A DNA stretch of 64,000 nucleotides from Legionellales bacterium (GTDB taxonomy: Bacteria > Pseudomonadota > Gammaproteobacteria > Eutrophobiales > Eutrophobiaceae), in NCBI GenBank assembly GCA_002721165.1, contig PBJS01000025.1, forward strand, positions 3,934-67,933. The letters run 5' to 3'. Positions within the stretch are counted from its first letter, which is position 1. Each line of letters opens with the position of its first letter. The position numbers were made by a program, and so were the translations under genes. Positions 46,850 to 56,183 of this stretch are shown here, piece after piece. A model generated the notes under the pieces. The model was given only the letters and a program-made list of their open reading frames with translations. It did no database searches and was not told the origin of the DNA.

Positions 46850-48046
46850 TTATTGGCTTCCTTCCTGCTGATAATAAGACATTAATATTTTTGCCACTTC
46901 CGGACGTGCAAATTCAACAGGTAAATCTTTCCCAGCTGATAATATTTCACGAACACGAGTTCCCGACAGCATTACAAAATCCTCTTTTGTATGATCTGGG
47001 ACATCACGAAACATAACGACTTTATTTAATTTTTTTGAATAGGCTGTATGGTCGGCTTTGAAAATTTCAATATCCAATGCATCTAAAACATCATTGCTAT
47101 CAAAAATTGTTTGTGCCTCAAAAGGGCCGTAGTAATCACCCACCCCTGCATGATCGCGCCCAACTATCAAATGTGTACAACCCGCATTTTGACGAAATAC
47201 AGCGTGCAATACAGCCTCTCTCGGTCCAGCATAAAGCATGTCAAAACCATAGCCTGTTACCATTACTGTGTTTTTAGGAAAATAGAGCTCAACCATTTTT
47301 CTAATAGCTGCATTACGAATGTCGGCAGGAATATCACCTGGTTTAAGCTTACCTAATAGCATATGAATTAATATACCATCAGCATTTACCGAGTCTTTTG
47401 CGATTTTACATAACTCCTCATGTGCTCTATGCATTGGATTTCTTGTTTGAAAAGCCACGACTGTTTTCCAGTTATTCTTCTGAATCTGATTTCGAATTTC
47501 CATTGCTGTACGAAATGTATCTGAAAATTCAGATTTAAAGTAACTATAATTAAGCACCCTGATTGGTCCTGAAATTAGATATTTACCAGAGTTTTTAAAT
47601 GTTTTAACCCCTGGGTGATCAATATCCAAGGTTCCAAAAATTTGTTTGGTTATATGATTAATTTTTTCAACGTCTAAAGTTTCTATAGCTTCTATATTTT
47701 GTATTGCAAGAACAGGATTACCCGTAACATTTGGATCGCGCAATGCGATTACTGAAGACCCTTCAATCCTTGAAATATCATCTGTGCGGTTGACGCATGG
47801 GACTGGCCAAAACAAACCATTATTAGTTTTCATGTTCTCAGCGACTGATAACGTGTCTGCAAGATTCATATAACCATCCAGCGGCGAAAAATACCCTGCG
47901 CCCAACATCACTGCATTGGCTGCTGCTGCAGAATTAAGAAGTAAATCCGGTAGAGATGCAGATTCTTCTATTAGTCTATTACGTTCCTCGGAATCTTCTA
48001 CAAATAATGGCTTTAATATATCTCCACCATGTGGCTTAATCATCAC
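46850..48046 (-). CDS. sat: Sulfate adenylyltransferase (ATP sulfurylase, Sat type, homo-oligomeric)
   Basis: 398 aa with the QTRNPMHRAHE and GRDHAGVG motifs and N-terminal PUA-like domain. No fused or adjacent APS kinase. Confidence 0.9.
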   Translation of the reverse strand: MMIKPHGGDILKPLFVEDSEERNRLIEESASLPDLLLNSAAAANAVMLGAGYFSPLDGYMNLADTLSVAENMKTNNGLFWPVPCVNRTDDISRIEGSSVIALRDPNVTGNPVLAIQNIEAIETLDVEKINHITKQIFGTLDIDHPGVKTFKNSGKYLISGPIRVLNYSYFKSEFSDTFRTAMEIRNQIQKNNWKTVVAFQTRNPMHRAHEELCKIAKDSVNADGILIHMLLGKLKPGDIPADIRNAAIRKMVELYFPKNTVMVTGYGFDMLYAGPREAVLHAVFRQNAGCTHLIVGRDHAGVGDYYGPFEAQTIFDSNDVLDALDIEIFKADHTAYSKKLNKVVMFRDVPDHTKEDFVMLSGTRVREILSAGKDLPVEFARPEVAKILMSYYQQEGSQ

Positions 48047-48151
48047 TTGCTCCTTTTAATTTAATTGTTCTTATTGAAAGATAGGTATAAAAATGAGTTG
48101 CTATATTAATATTTTTTACAAATAAACGCTGCTCCTATATAAATACTAATT

Positions 48152-49264
48152 ATGAACTATAAAGCTAATCCAGAATATAAGCACGATAGTCCTTCTTGTA
48201 CGGGTATTCTCATAACGAATCTGGGTACGCCAGATGAACCAACCGCATCATCGGTTAGAAAATATTTATCTGAATTTCTATCTGACCCTCGTGTGATTGA
48301 GCTGCCTAGATACCTATGGTGGTTAGTGCTGCATGGAATAATTTTGAGAACACGTCCATCTCGTTCGGCGAAAGCATATAGAAAAATTTGGACAGAAAGT
48401 GGTTCGCCTTTGTTATCAATATCAAAAAAACAGGTTTTGGGATTACAAAAAATATTAACTAAAAAAATTCAAGGGCCTATTAGAATTGAATTATCAATGA
48501 GATATGGAAACCCCTCAATCAAATCGGGACTTAAAAAATTGCAAGAATCAAATGCAAACAGAATTCTGATATTGCCGTTGTATCCACAATATTCAGCTGC
48601 TACTACTGGCTCGACGTTTGACGCTGTTACTAATGAACTTAAGAAATGGCGATGGTTACCGGAAATAAGAATGGTAAATCATTACCATGATTATCCCGAT
48701 TATATTGATGCACTAAAAAATAGTATTGAAGAATACTGGAAACATAATGGTCGTCCTCAGAAGTTAATATTTTCATTTCATGGCTTACCTAAACATTATT
48801 TTCTTGCAGGCGACCCATATCACTGTGAGTGTCACAAAACAGCACGTTTAGTAGCTGAAAAATTAAAATTAGATCAAGATGAGTGGTTAGTTACATTTCA
48901 GTCCCGTTTTGGCCCACGAGAGTGGTTAAAACCCTATACTGACGAGACGCTAATATCGCTTGCTGAAAGTGGCGTAAAAAATATCAATATCATTTGTCCT
49001 GGATTTTCTGCTGATTGTTTAGAAACATTAGAAGAAATCGATATACAAAACCGTGAATTCTTCATAAAAGCGGGAGGCGAAAAATTTAATTATATTCCTG
49101 CGCTAAATGATGACGGTGATCATATTGAATTGCTCTCTAATATTATTTTAAAACATACAAATGGATGGCCAGAATTTTCAAAAAATTGGGATCAAGAAAA
49201 AATCGAAACGGAATTATCTAAAAGTAAAGAACGCGCAGAAAAATCTATATATAACAAAAATTAA
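48152..49264 (+). CDS. hemH: Ferrochelatase
   Basis: Motifs NLGTPDEP and LSEFLSDPRVIE, plus a C-terminal His/Glu active-site region. Has an N-terminal extension of about 17 aa. Confidence 0.9.
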   Translation: MNYKANPEYKHDSPSCTGILITNLGTPDEPTASSVRKYLSEFLSDPRVIELPRYLWWLVLHGIILRTRPSRSAKAYRKIWTESGSPLLSISKKQVLGLQKILTKKIQGPIRIELSMRYGNPSIKSGLKKLQESNANRILILPLYPQYSAATTGSTFDAVTNELKKWRWLPEIRMVNHYHDYPDYIDALKNSIEEYWKHNGRPQKLIFSFHGLPKHYFLAGDPYHCECHKTARLVAEKLKLDQDEWLVTFQSRFGPREWLKPYTDETLISLAESGVKNINIICPGFSADCLETLEEIDIQNREFFIKAGGEKFNYIPALNDDGDHIELLSNIILKHTNGWPEFSKNWDQEKIETELSKSKERAEKSIYNKN

Positions 49265-50064
49265 ATAAGCATATTTATTCCAACAATCATAAGTAAAATA
49301 GCAAAGATACGTTTCAAAATTTCAGTTTGCAAATAATGGGCTAAACGTGCGCCTATTGGAGCAAAAATGATTGTCATCATCACAATGATAAGTGCGGCAG
49401 GCCAATATAAATAACCTATCGAATGCATAAAGACATTCGGATTATTCCAGCTTGCAATAATGAATGTTGTAGTGGCGGCTACTGCAATTGGAAAACTACA
49501 TGCTGAAGATATCGCAACTGCATTTCGTATATTTAAATTACACCATAATAAAAAAGGGACTGTTAATGTTCCTCCGCCAATACCCAACAAAGTAGAAAAT
49601 ATACCTATAAAAATTCCAGAAAAAATAAAACCGTTAGTATTAGGTAATGTAACAATTTTAGTAGGCCTAACCTCGAACCATATCTGTATAGCAACCAGCA
49701 TTTCAAAAATTCCAAAAATGATGCGTAATACATTACTTGACAGAGAATCAGCTATAAATACGCCAAGACAGGCTCCTAACAAAATTCCTGGGGCAATACG
49801 ATATACAATAGACCAAGATACCGCTTGTTTTTGATGGTGCTCATAAGTTGCAAATAATGAGGTAAATATTATCGTAGCCAATGATGTTGTTACCGCCTGA
49901 TGCATTGTCAATGAAGATGCAAATCCTTGTTGGATAAAAATATAATGCAAAACAGGGACTATGATGATCCCCCCACCCAAACCTAACATTCCGCCCATTA
50001 GTCCAGCAAAAACACCTGTTAGTGCGTAGATTAATATTATCTGTATAGTCATTTCCGCAAACAT
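49261..50064 (-). CDS. TauE/SafE family sulfite exporter (DUF81) membrane protein
   Basis: 267 aa, about 8 TM helices with the duplicated 4-TM repeats and Gly-rich GGG motifs of TauE/SafE. Confidence 0.75.
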   Translation of the reverse strand: MFAEMTIQIILIYALTGVFAGLMGGMLGLGGGIIIVPVLHYIFIQQGFASSLTMHQAVTTSLATIIFTSLFATYEHHQKQAVSWSIVYRIAPGILLGACLGVFIADSLSSNVLRIIFGIFEMLVAIQIWFEVRPTKIVTLPNTNGFIFSGIFIGIFSTLLGIGGGTLTVPFLLWCNLNIRNAVAISSACSFPIAVAATTTFIIASWNNPNVFMHSIGYLYWPAALIIVMMTIIFAPIGARLAHYLQTEILKRIFAILLMIVGINMLI

Positions 50065-50203
50065 TGTTAAGTCATCTATGGTTTGTAATTAAGCAGATTT
50101 GTAATTAAGCCAGATATATTACCGTGAACAGTGAAAAAATGTTGCTAATTCGAAGCCAAATAAGGACAATCCCTAGAATTTTTTTTGAACATGACATTTT
50201 CAA

Positions 50204-52429
50204 ATGAAATCAACCTCTTCTTATAAAAAAGTAAAAGAAAATTGTTTTACAAAAGATGAGCTATTGCGGGCATTTATACCGCTATTGTTTATTTTTATAA
50301 TAACCCCAAGTCATGCAAATACGATAAATACGCAGCGACAAGATTATCTTGAAGCAAAAAAAGCGTTTGAATTAAAACAATATAAAAAATTTGGAAGAAT
50401 CGCTAACACCCTTAAGGATTACCCGCTATACCCCTATTTACGGTACAACTATCTAAGGAAACGCGTTTGGAAAGAAAAAAACTCGGACATAATTTATTTC
50501 CTAGACCGCTATAGTGATCTACCGGTTACCAATAGACTCAGAAATTCATGGTTAAAAGTATTAATAAGAAGAGGTCATTGGCAAACGTTTCTTGATAATT
50601 ACATCAAACACTCAGATCCTATGATGCAATGCTACCAGCTATACGCAAGGATGAAATTAAATAAAAAAGAATTCTTATTAGAAGATATTCGTTCTATCTG
50701 GCTAACTGGAAAATCATTACCCTCACAATGTGACCAACCATTTGAAATGTTATATAAAAGTGGCTTAGTAACAAATGAATTGGTATGGAAAAGATTTCGT
50801 TTATCAATGCAAAATAATGAGATTGGTCTTGCAACATATTTATCTCGGCGTCTTAATACTGAATCAAAAGTACTCGCAAGAAAATGGATACAAATACATA
50901 AAAATCCATATAAACATACAAGAAAACCAAATCTTACTGATAACGAAACATCAAGAGAGATAATTGCGCATGGCATATTAAGGCTAGCGAAAAAAAATCC
51001 GGAGAGGGCGGTTAAACGACTTGAAACATTAAAAATAAAATATTCATTCGCCTCCAGCGAAATCGCAGAAATCGAACGCATGTTAGCTATCTATGCGGCA
51101 AAAAAGAAAAGTAAAATAGCTTCAAAATTACTCGATCAAATCGATAACTACCATGTTAATGACGAAATATTTCATTATCGATTACGTACAGCCCTACTAA
51201 AAAAAGACTGGGGTCTGCTAAAAAAATGGACAACGGGAGAACCCAATGACTCAGAAATTAATCTCCGCTGGTCATACTGGCATGCACGTTCTCTTGAGGA
51301 AACAGGAGAAACTGAAAAAGCAAAACAAATCTATATAAAATTAGCAAAGGAACGCGACTATTATGGGTTCCTTGCAGCAGACAAAATTAACAAACCATAC
51401 AGTATGAATCACTACCCTGTAACAAATGATAAAGAAGAATTTGAACGTATTTCTTCATTGCCAGCAATGAAACGCGCATATGAATTTTACCAGCTTGATA
51501 TGAATACCAATGCAAGGCGAGAATGGCATCATGCTCTAAATAAAATGACTACCTATCAAATGCAAATGGCTGCTGCGCTAGCAGTAAAATGGGGGTGGCA
51601 CAACAGAGCTATAATAACAATGAGTAGAGCCAAAGCACTTGATAATTTGGTTCTTCGTTTTCCAATATTATTTGATGATTTATTAACAAAGTATGCAAAG
51701 AGAAACAATATCGATCGTAGCTGGGTTTTTGGAATAGTTAGAGCAGAAAGTGCATTTATTGAGGATATAAGTTCACCAGTAGGCGCATTAGGTCTAATGC
51801 AAGTTATGCCTAGGACTGGCAGGAGCGTAGCAAAGCAAATTGGGATCAAAAATTTCAAAAAAAGTAAACTCAGAAAAGCAGAGACAAATGTGCCAATCGG
51901 TAGTGCTTACATGAAAATGATGTTAGATAAATTTGAGGGTAATGTTGTTTTAGCTACCGCTGCGTATAATGCTGGTCCGCATCGCGTTTTAAAATGGCTT
52001 CCAAAAAAAGCATGCACTGAAAATCCTGATATTTGGATAGAATTGATCCCTTTTAACGAAACTAGAAAATATGTACGTCGAGTGCTTTATTTTTCTATTG
52101 TCTATGACTGGCGTTTCAAAATGCCTATAAAACCTATGAAAGATCGTATGAGTTTAATAACACCAAAAAATAAAAAGTTGATAGCTAAGCTATCATGTTA
52201 TTCTATTATTGAAGCGTTAAATAAAAAATATATAAAAGAAAAGAAGACAACAAAAACGACAATTCATAATGGAAAAATAACTAAATATAGCGTAAAAAAA
52301 GGTGACTCATTATGGTTAATAGCAAACAGATTTGGTATCAGCGTTAATGATCTTCTTAGATGGAATAATTTAAAAAGAAATAGGCCCATAAAACCCGGTC
52401 AAATACTAGAAATTAATATAAAAGAATAA
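50204..52429 (+). CDS. slt: Soluble lytic murein transglycosylase (Slt70-like) with C-terminal LysM domain
   Basis: Signal peptide, a long alpha-superhelical domain, the SLT catalytic motif (ESAF ... GALGLMQVMPRTG ... AYNAGP) and a C-terminal LysM (YSVKKGDSLWLIANRFGISVNDLLRWNNL). Confidence 0.85.
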   Translation: MKSTSSYKKVKENCFTKDELLRAFIPLLFIFIITPSHANTINTQRQDYLEAKKAFELKQYKKFGRIANTLKDYPLYPYLRYNYLRKRVWKEKNSDIIYFLDRYSDLPVTNRLRNSWLKVLIRRGHWQTFLDNYIKHSDPMMQCYQLYARMKLNKKEFLLEDIRSIWLTGKSLPSQCDQPFEMLYKSGLVTNELVWKRFRLSMQNNEIGLATYLSRRLNTESKVLARKWIQIHKNPYKHTRKPNLTDNETSREIIAHGILRLAKKNPERAVKRLETLKIKYSFASSEIAEIERMLAIYAAKKKSKIASKLLDQIDNYHVNDEIFHYRLRTALLKKDWGLLKKWTTGEPNDSEINLRWSYWHARSLEETGETEKAKQIYIKLAKERDYYGFLAADKINKPYSMNHYPVTNDKEEFERISSLPAMKRAYEFYQLDMNTNARREWHHALNKMTTYQMQMAAALAVKWGWHNRAIITMSRAKALDNLVLRFPILFDDLLTKYAKRNNIDRSWVFGIVRAESAFIEDISSPVGALGLMQVMPRTGRSVAKQIGIKNFKKSKLRKAETNVPIGSAYMKMMLDKFEGNVVLATAAYNAGPHRVLKWLPKKACTENPDIWIELIPFNETRKYVRRVLYFSIVYDWRFKMPIKPMKDRMSLITPKNKKLIAKLSCYSIIEALNKKYIKEKKTTKTTIHNGKITKYSVKKGDSLWLIANRFGISVNDLLRWNNLKRNRPIKPGQILEINIKE

Positions 52430-53385
52430 TGTTAATTAAAAAAATCGCAATACTTGGAGGGACAGGCTTTGTAGGTCAATCCCTCTGCAATCGCCTGTCA
52501 GAAGATGGTTATGAGTTAAAGGTGCCTACTCGAAATAGAGAATATAATCGAGAGGACTTGATTCTTTTACCTAATCTGGAATTAATAGAAACAGACATCC
52601 ATAATCCTAAAAATTTAAAAAATCTACTCATTGACTGTGATGCGGTAATCAACTTGATTGGGATCCTGAATGAGAAAGAAAACAATGGGAAAGGTTTTAA
52701 AAAAGTACATGTTAAACTAATTAAAAATTTAATTTCTGCTTGTGAAATAAATGGAATACGCAGAATCTTACAGTTGAGCGCACTAAATGCAGATGCAAAA
52801 AATGGGAAAAGCTTTTACCTAAAAACAAAAGGAGAAGCTGAGGAACTACTACGTTCAAATTCGGCTGGAATAGAAATTACTATATTTAGACCATCTGTTA
52901 TTTTCGGGAAAAAAGATAGTTTTTTTAATAGATTTGCAAAATTATTAAAAATCAGCCCTTTGTTTTTTCCTCTTGCGTGTTATAAAACAAAATTTTCACC
53001 CATATATGTGCTTGATTTAGTAGAAATGATGACAAATTCGATCAAGGACCCAGATAGTTATAATAAAAGTTACCAATTATGTGGGCCAAAGACTTATACA
53101 CTAAAAGACCTAGTTAGCTATACTTCAAAAACTTTAGGTTTCAACTGCTTAATAATCCCCCTAAATAATGTTTTATCGCGTATACAGGCAAAGATATTTG
53201 ATTTCTTACCAGGTAAACCTTTTTCAACAGATAATTACTTATCAGCTCAAACTGATAGTATTTGCGAGTGTAATGATTTATTTAGATACAATATTAAAGC
53301 CACTGCTATTGAAGATGTTGTGCCCCAATATCTGTCAGGCTATGAATATCGTTCATTTTATTCTAAGTTTCGTAACAACTCATAA
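52429..53385 (+). CDS. NAD(P)H-binding atypical SDR (complex I NDUFA9-like / NmrA-like epimerase family)
   Basis: Rossmann motif ILGGTGFVGQ. No classical YxxxK motif; 318 aa. Confidence 0.65.
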   Translation: MLIKKIAILGGTGFVGQSLCNRLSEDGYELKVPTRNREYNREDLILLPNLELIETDIHNPKNLKNLLIDCDAVINLIGILNEKENNGKGFKKVHVKLIKNLISACEINGIRRILQLSALNADAKNGKSFYLKTKGEAEELLRSNSAGIEITIFRPSVIFGKKDSFFNRFAKLLKISPLFFPLACYKTKFSPIYVLDLVEMMTNSIKDPDSYNKSYQLCGPKTYTLKDLVSYTSKTLGFNCLIIPLNNVLSRIQAKIFDFLPGKPFSTDNYLSAQTDSICECNDLFRYNIKATAIEDVVPQYLSGYEYRSFYSKFRNNS

Positions 53386-53413
53386 AAGATTAATAGGTTT
53401 TAATTAAAAATTT

Positions 53414-54628
53414 ATGAAAACATATTTGGTTGGTGGCGCAGTTCGTGACAAATTATTAGGTATCCCTATTAAAGATAGAGATTGGGTAGTCACAGGTGCG
53501 ACACCAGAAGAAATGATCAATGAAGGTTTTAAAGCTGTTGGTGAAGATTTCCCGGTATTTCTACATCCACAAACAAAAGAGGAATATGCGCTTGCCCGTA
53601 CAGAACGTAAGTCTGGGAAAGGTTATAAAGGTTTTACATTTTACTCCTCTCCTGAAATTATGCTTGAAGAGGACTTAAAACGTAGAGACATAACCATAAA
53701 CGCGATTGCTGAAGATGAAAATGGAAATTTAATAGACCCATACGATGGTAAAACTGATTTAAAAAATGGTATTTTACGCCATGTTTCCTCTGCATTTGTA
53801 GAAGACCCTCTCCGTGTGTTACGTGTTGCTCGTTTTGCTGCTTGTTTTGGTTTCAAAATAGCTGATGAAACAATGGAATTACTAAAAATAATTTCCAAAT
53901 CTGGGGAATTAAATGAACTGATACCGGAACGTGTTTGGACAGAAATGAAAAAAGCGTTAACTGGAAAATATCCATCACGTTTCATTCTTGCACTTAGATC
54001 GTGTAATGCTTTAGAAAAACTTTTTCCTGAAATAGAATCATTATTTGGTGTTCCTCAAGATAAAAAATATCATCCTGAGATTGATGTGGGAAGACATACA
54101 TTGATGTCTCTAAATCAGTCAGTAAGATTATCGCCAGACCCCTTAATACGTTTTGCTGTACTTGTACATGATCTTGGAAAAGCAACTACGCCAAAAGAAC
54201 AATTACCAAACCATGACGGACATGAGGAACGTGGAGTCAGCATAATAAATTCTTTTTGTAAACGATATAAAATTCCAAATAAGTATCAGGATCTTGCTGT
54301 GTGTGTATCGGAGTTTCATCTAGACTGCCATCGAATACAAGAGATGGGGGCGGAAGAGGTATTAGAAAAACTAGAAAAACTCGACGCATTCAGAAGAACA
54401 GAAAGATTTAAACAATTTTTAATTGCATGTGAATCTGATTCGAGGGGTCGTGCTGGTTATGAAGATAAAGAATTTCCTCAAGCTAAATATTTTCTTAATG
54501 CGTTAGAACTTTCAAAAAATATTGATCTAGATTTATTAAAAAATAAAGGGCTTGAAGGGAAAAAACTTGGTGATGCATTGAAAAAAGAGCGCATTGAGAC
54601 TCTAAAGGAAAAATTACTGTCAAACTAA
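53414..54628 (+). CDS. cca: Multifunctional CCA-adding enzyme (tRNA nucleotidyltransferase with HD phosphohydrolase domain)
   Basis: N-terminal LVGGAVRDKLLG ... DRDWVV polymerase-beta motif and a C-terminal HD domain (HDLGK). Confidence 0.9.
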   Translation: MKTYLVGGAVRDKLLGIPIKDRDWVVTGATPEEMINEGFKAVGEDFPVFLHPQTKEEYALARTERKSGKGYKGFTFYSSPEIMLEEDLKRRDITINAIAEDENGNLIDPYDGKTDLKNGILRHVSSAFVEDPLRVLRVARFAACFGFKIADETMELLKIISKSGELNELIPERVWTEMKKALTGKYPSRFILALRSCNALEKLFPEIESLFGVPQDKKYHPEIDVGRHTLMSLNQSVRLSPDPLIRFAVLVHDLGKATTPKEQLPNHDGHEERGVSIINSFCKRYKIPNKYQDLAVCVSEFHLDCHRIQEMGAEEVLEKLEKLDAFRRTERFKQFLIACESDSRGRAGYEDKEFPQAKYFLNALELSKNIDLDLLKNKGLEGKKLGDALKKERIETLKEKLLSN

Positions 54629-54644
54629 AATCTTTATTTAGTTA

Positions 54645-55445
54645 TTAAACAAACATAAATAATAATATAGTGCCTAGTATCAATCGATATATGACAAATG
54701 GCAACATTCCGATTCTATCTAAAAATTTCAGAAAAAGATGAATCGTAAAAAAAGAGCTCAGAGCCGATAAGATAACAGTAATAATAAAATTAAAGATATC
54801 AATATCGTTACCAACTTGTATCAAATTTGAAGCTTCATATAGCGCTGCTGCTAATATTATAGGTACAGATATAAAAAACGAAAATTTTACAGCAGTATTG
54901 CGATCAAGACCTAACATAAGTCCAGTCGTCATAGTAATACCCGAACGTGATGCACCAGGAATAAATGCCAATATTTGTAGTGATCCTATAATTAATGCAT
55001 CTTTTTTATTAATGGAATTTATTGATCTTTGTCGTTTTCCAATCACATCTGATAACCATAATAATAAACCAAAAAAGATAGTTGAAAATGAGATTAATAA
55101 GGGGTTACGAAAGTAGTATGAAATAATGTCTCGAAAAAGAAACCCTGCTATAAGAACTGGTAAACTAGCGAGTACAATAAACCAAAATAACCTAAAATTC
55201 TCCTCAACGTAGTTCAATTTAAATACGGGGGCAAACCCGCTAACTAAGATACTCCTAAAGTCTTTTCTAAAATAAAAAATAACTGCAAATAAACTCCCCA
55301 AATGTGCGGCCACATCAATTGCCAAACCCTGATCTTTCCAGTTCATTAATTGTGGCAAAAGTATTAAATGCGCAGAACTAGAAATAGGTAAAAATTCTGT
55401 AATCCCCTGAATTACAGATAAAATTATAATTTGCATTAAGTCCAT
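54645..55445 (-). CDS. uppP: Undecaprenyl-diphosphate phosphatase
   Basis: Motifs GITEFLPISSSAHL and PGxSRSG; 8 TM helices. Confidence 0.93.
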   Translation of the reverse strand: MDLMQIIILSVIQGITEFLPISSSAHLILLPQLMNWKDQGLAIDVAAHLGSLFAVIFYFRKDFRSILVSGFAPVFKLNYVEENFRLFWFIVLASLPVLIAGFLFRDIISYYFRNPLLISFSTIFFGLLLWLSDVIGKRQRSINSINKKDALIIGSLQILAFIPGASRSGITMTTGLMLGLDRNTAVKFSFFISVPIILAAALYEASNLIQVGNDIDIFNFIITVILSALSSFFTIHLFLKFLDRIGMLPFVIYRLILGTILLFMFV

Positions 55446-55463
55446 GATAAATCCAATAAATAA

Positions 55464-56177
55464 TTAAATAGGTAAAAACACAGCTGTTGCCATATTCTGA
55501 ATTATCTTCTTGATGCCTCTTTGTTTTTTGTTAGCCAAAATTATAGCCATATTATCTTGAGTTGCTATCAACTTACCGAAAAGTCTTTCATAACTTAAAT
55601 TTCTGATTTTATCATCAGATAAAGAATTGCTGATCAAAAATAATTTTCCTGTTGAATCATAATCATTACTAAGCTTCCACATAGCTATCTCGATATTTCT
55701 CGCACAATTATATAATTTCTGAGGATCAACCGAATCAATTATATAAAATTTCGATTTGTAATTATAAGACTTCATTATCATTGACATTAAACCAGAAACA
55801 AATGCAAAAACACGATCTCCTTCATATTCATCATTAAAAACTAATCGTATTGATTCTATATCATGTGTACCCTCAAGCTCAGGAAAATCCCATGTATGTT
55901 TTAAGTCGAACAATCTAACTATATTTTCATCAGCAATTTTATAAGGCGACTTTTTCAATTCTCGAGGGTTGCGTTTATATAGCTTAGACATTAGTTCTTT
56001 TAATAATCTATGTGACTCGTTTATGTGTATTTCTATTACATTATCAATATCTGACTTTGCTAGTTGTGAAATACCTGAATCTTTTTTTATTGGTTGATTT
56101 TCTCTCACAACCTCCCTATTACAACCATAATTTAAAGAGATGCATAGAAAAATTATAAGATATTTTAACAATAACAT
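55464..56177 (-). CDS. Hypothetical exported protein / putative lipoprotein
   Basis: N-terminal signal peptide with a Cys at the cleavage region (ISLNYGC). No recognisable domain; 237 aa. Confidence 0.4.
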   Translation of the reverse strand: MLLLKYLIIFLCISLNYGCNREVVRENQPIKKDSGISQLAKSDIDNVIEIHINESHRLLKELMSKLYKRNPRELKKSPYKIADENIVRLFDLKHTWDFPELEGTHDIESIRLVFNDEYEGDRVFAFVSGLMSMIMKSYNYKSKFYIIDSVDPQKLYNCARNIEIAMWKLSNDYDSTGKLFLISNSLSDDKIRNLSYERLFGKLIATQDNMAIILANKKQRGIKKIIQNMATAVFLPI

Positions 56178-56183
56178 TAGAAG

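Noticed and set aside
50632-51081. 149-aa minus-strand ORF inside slt, and a 124-aa plus-strand ORF (49460-49834) inside the TauE gene
   Set aside because: Fully embedded antisense to well-supported genes, with hydrophobic low-complexity translations and no RBS. Likely spurious.
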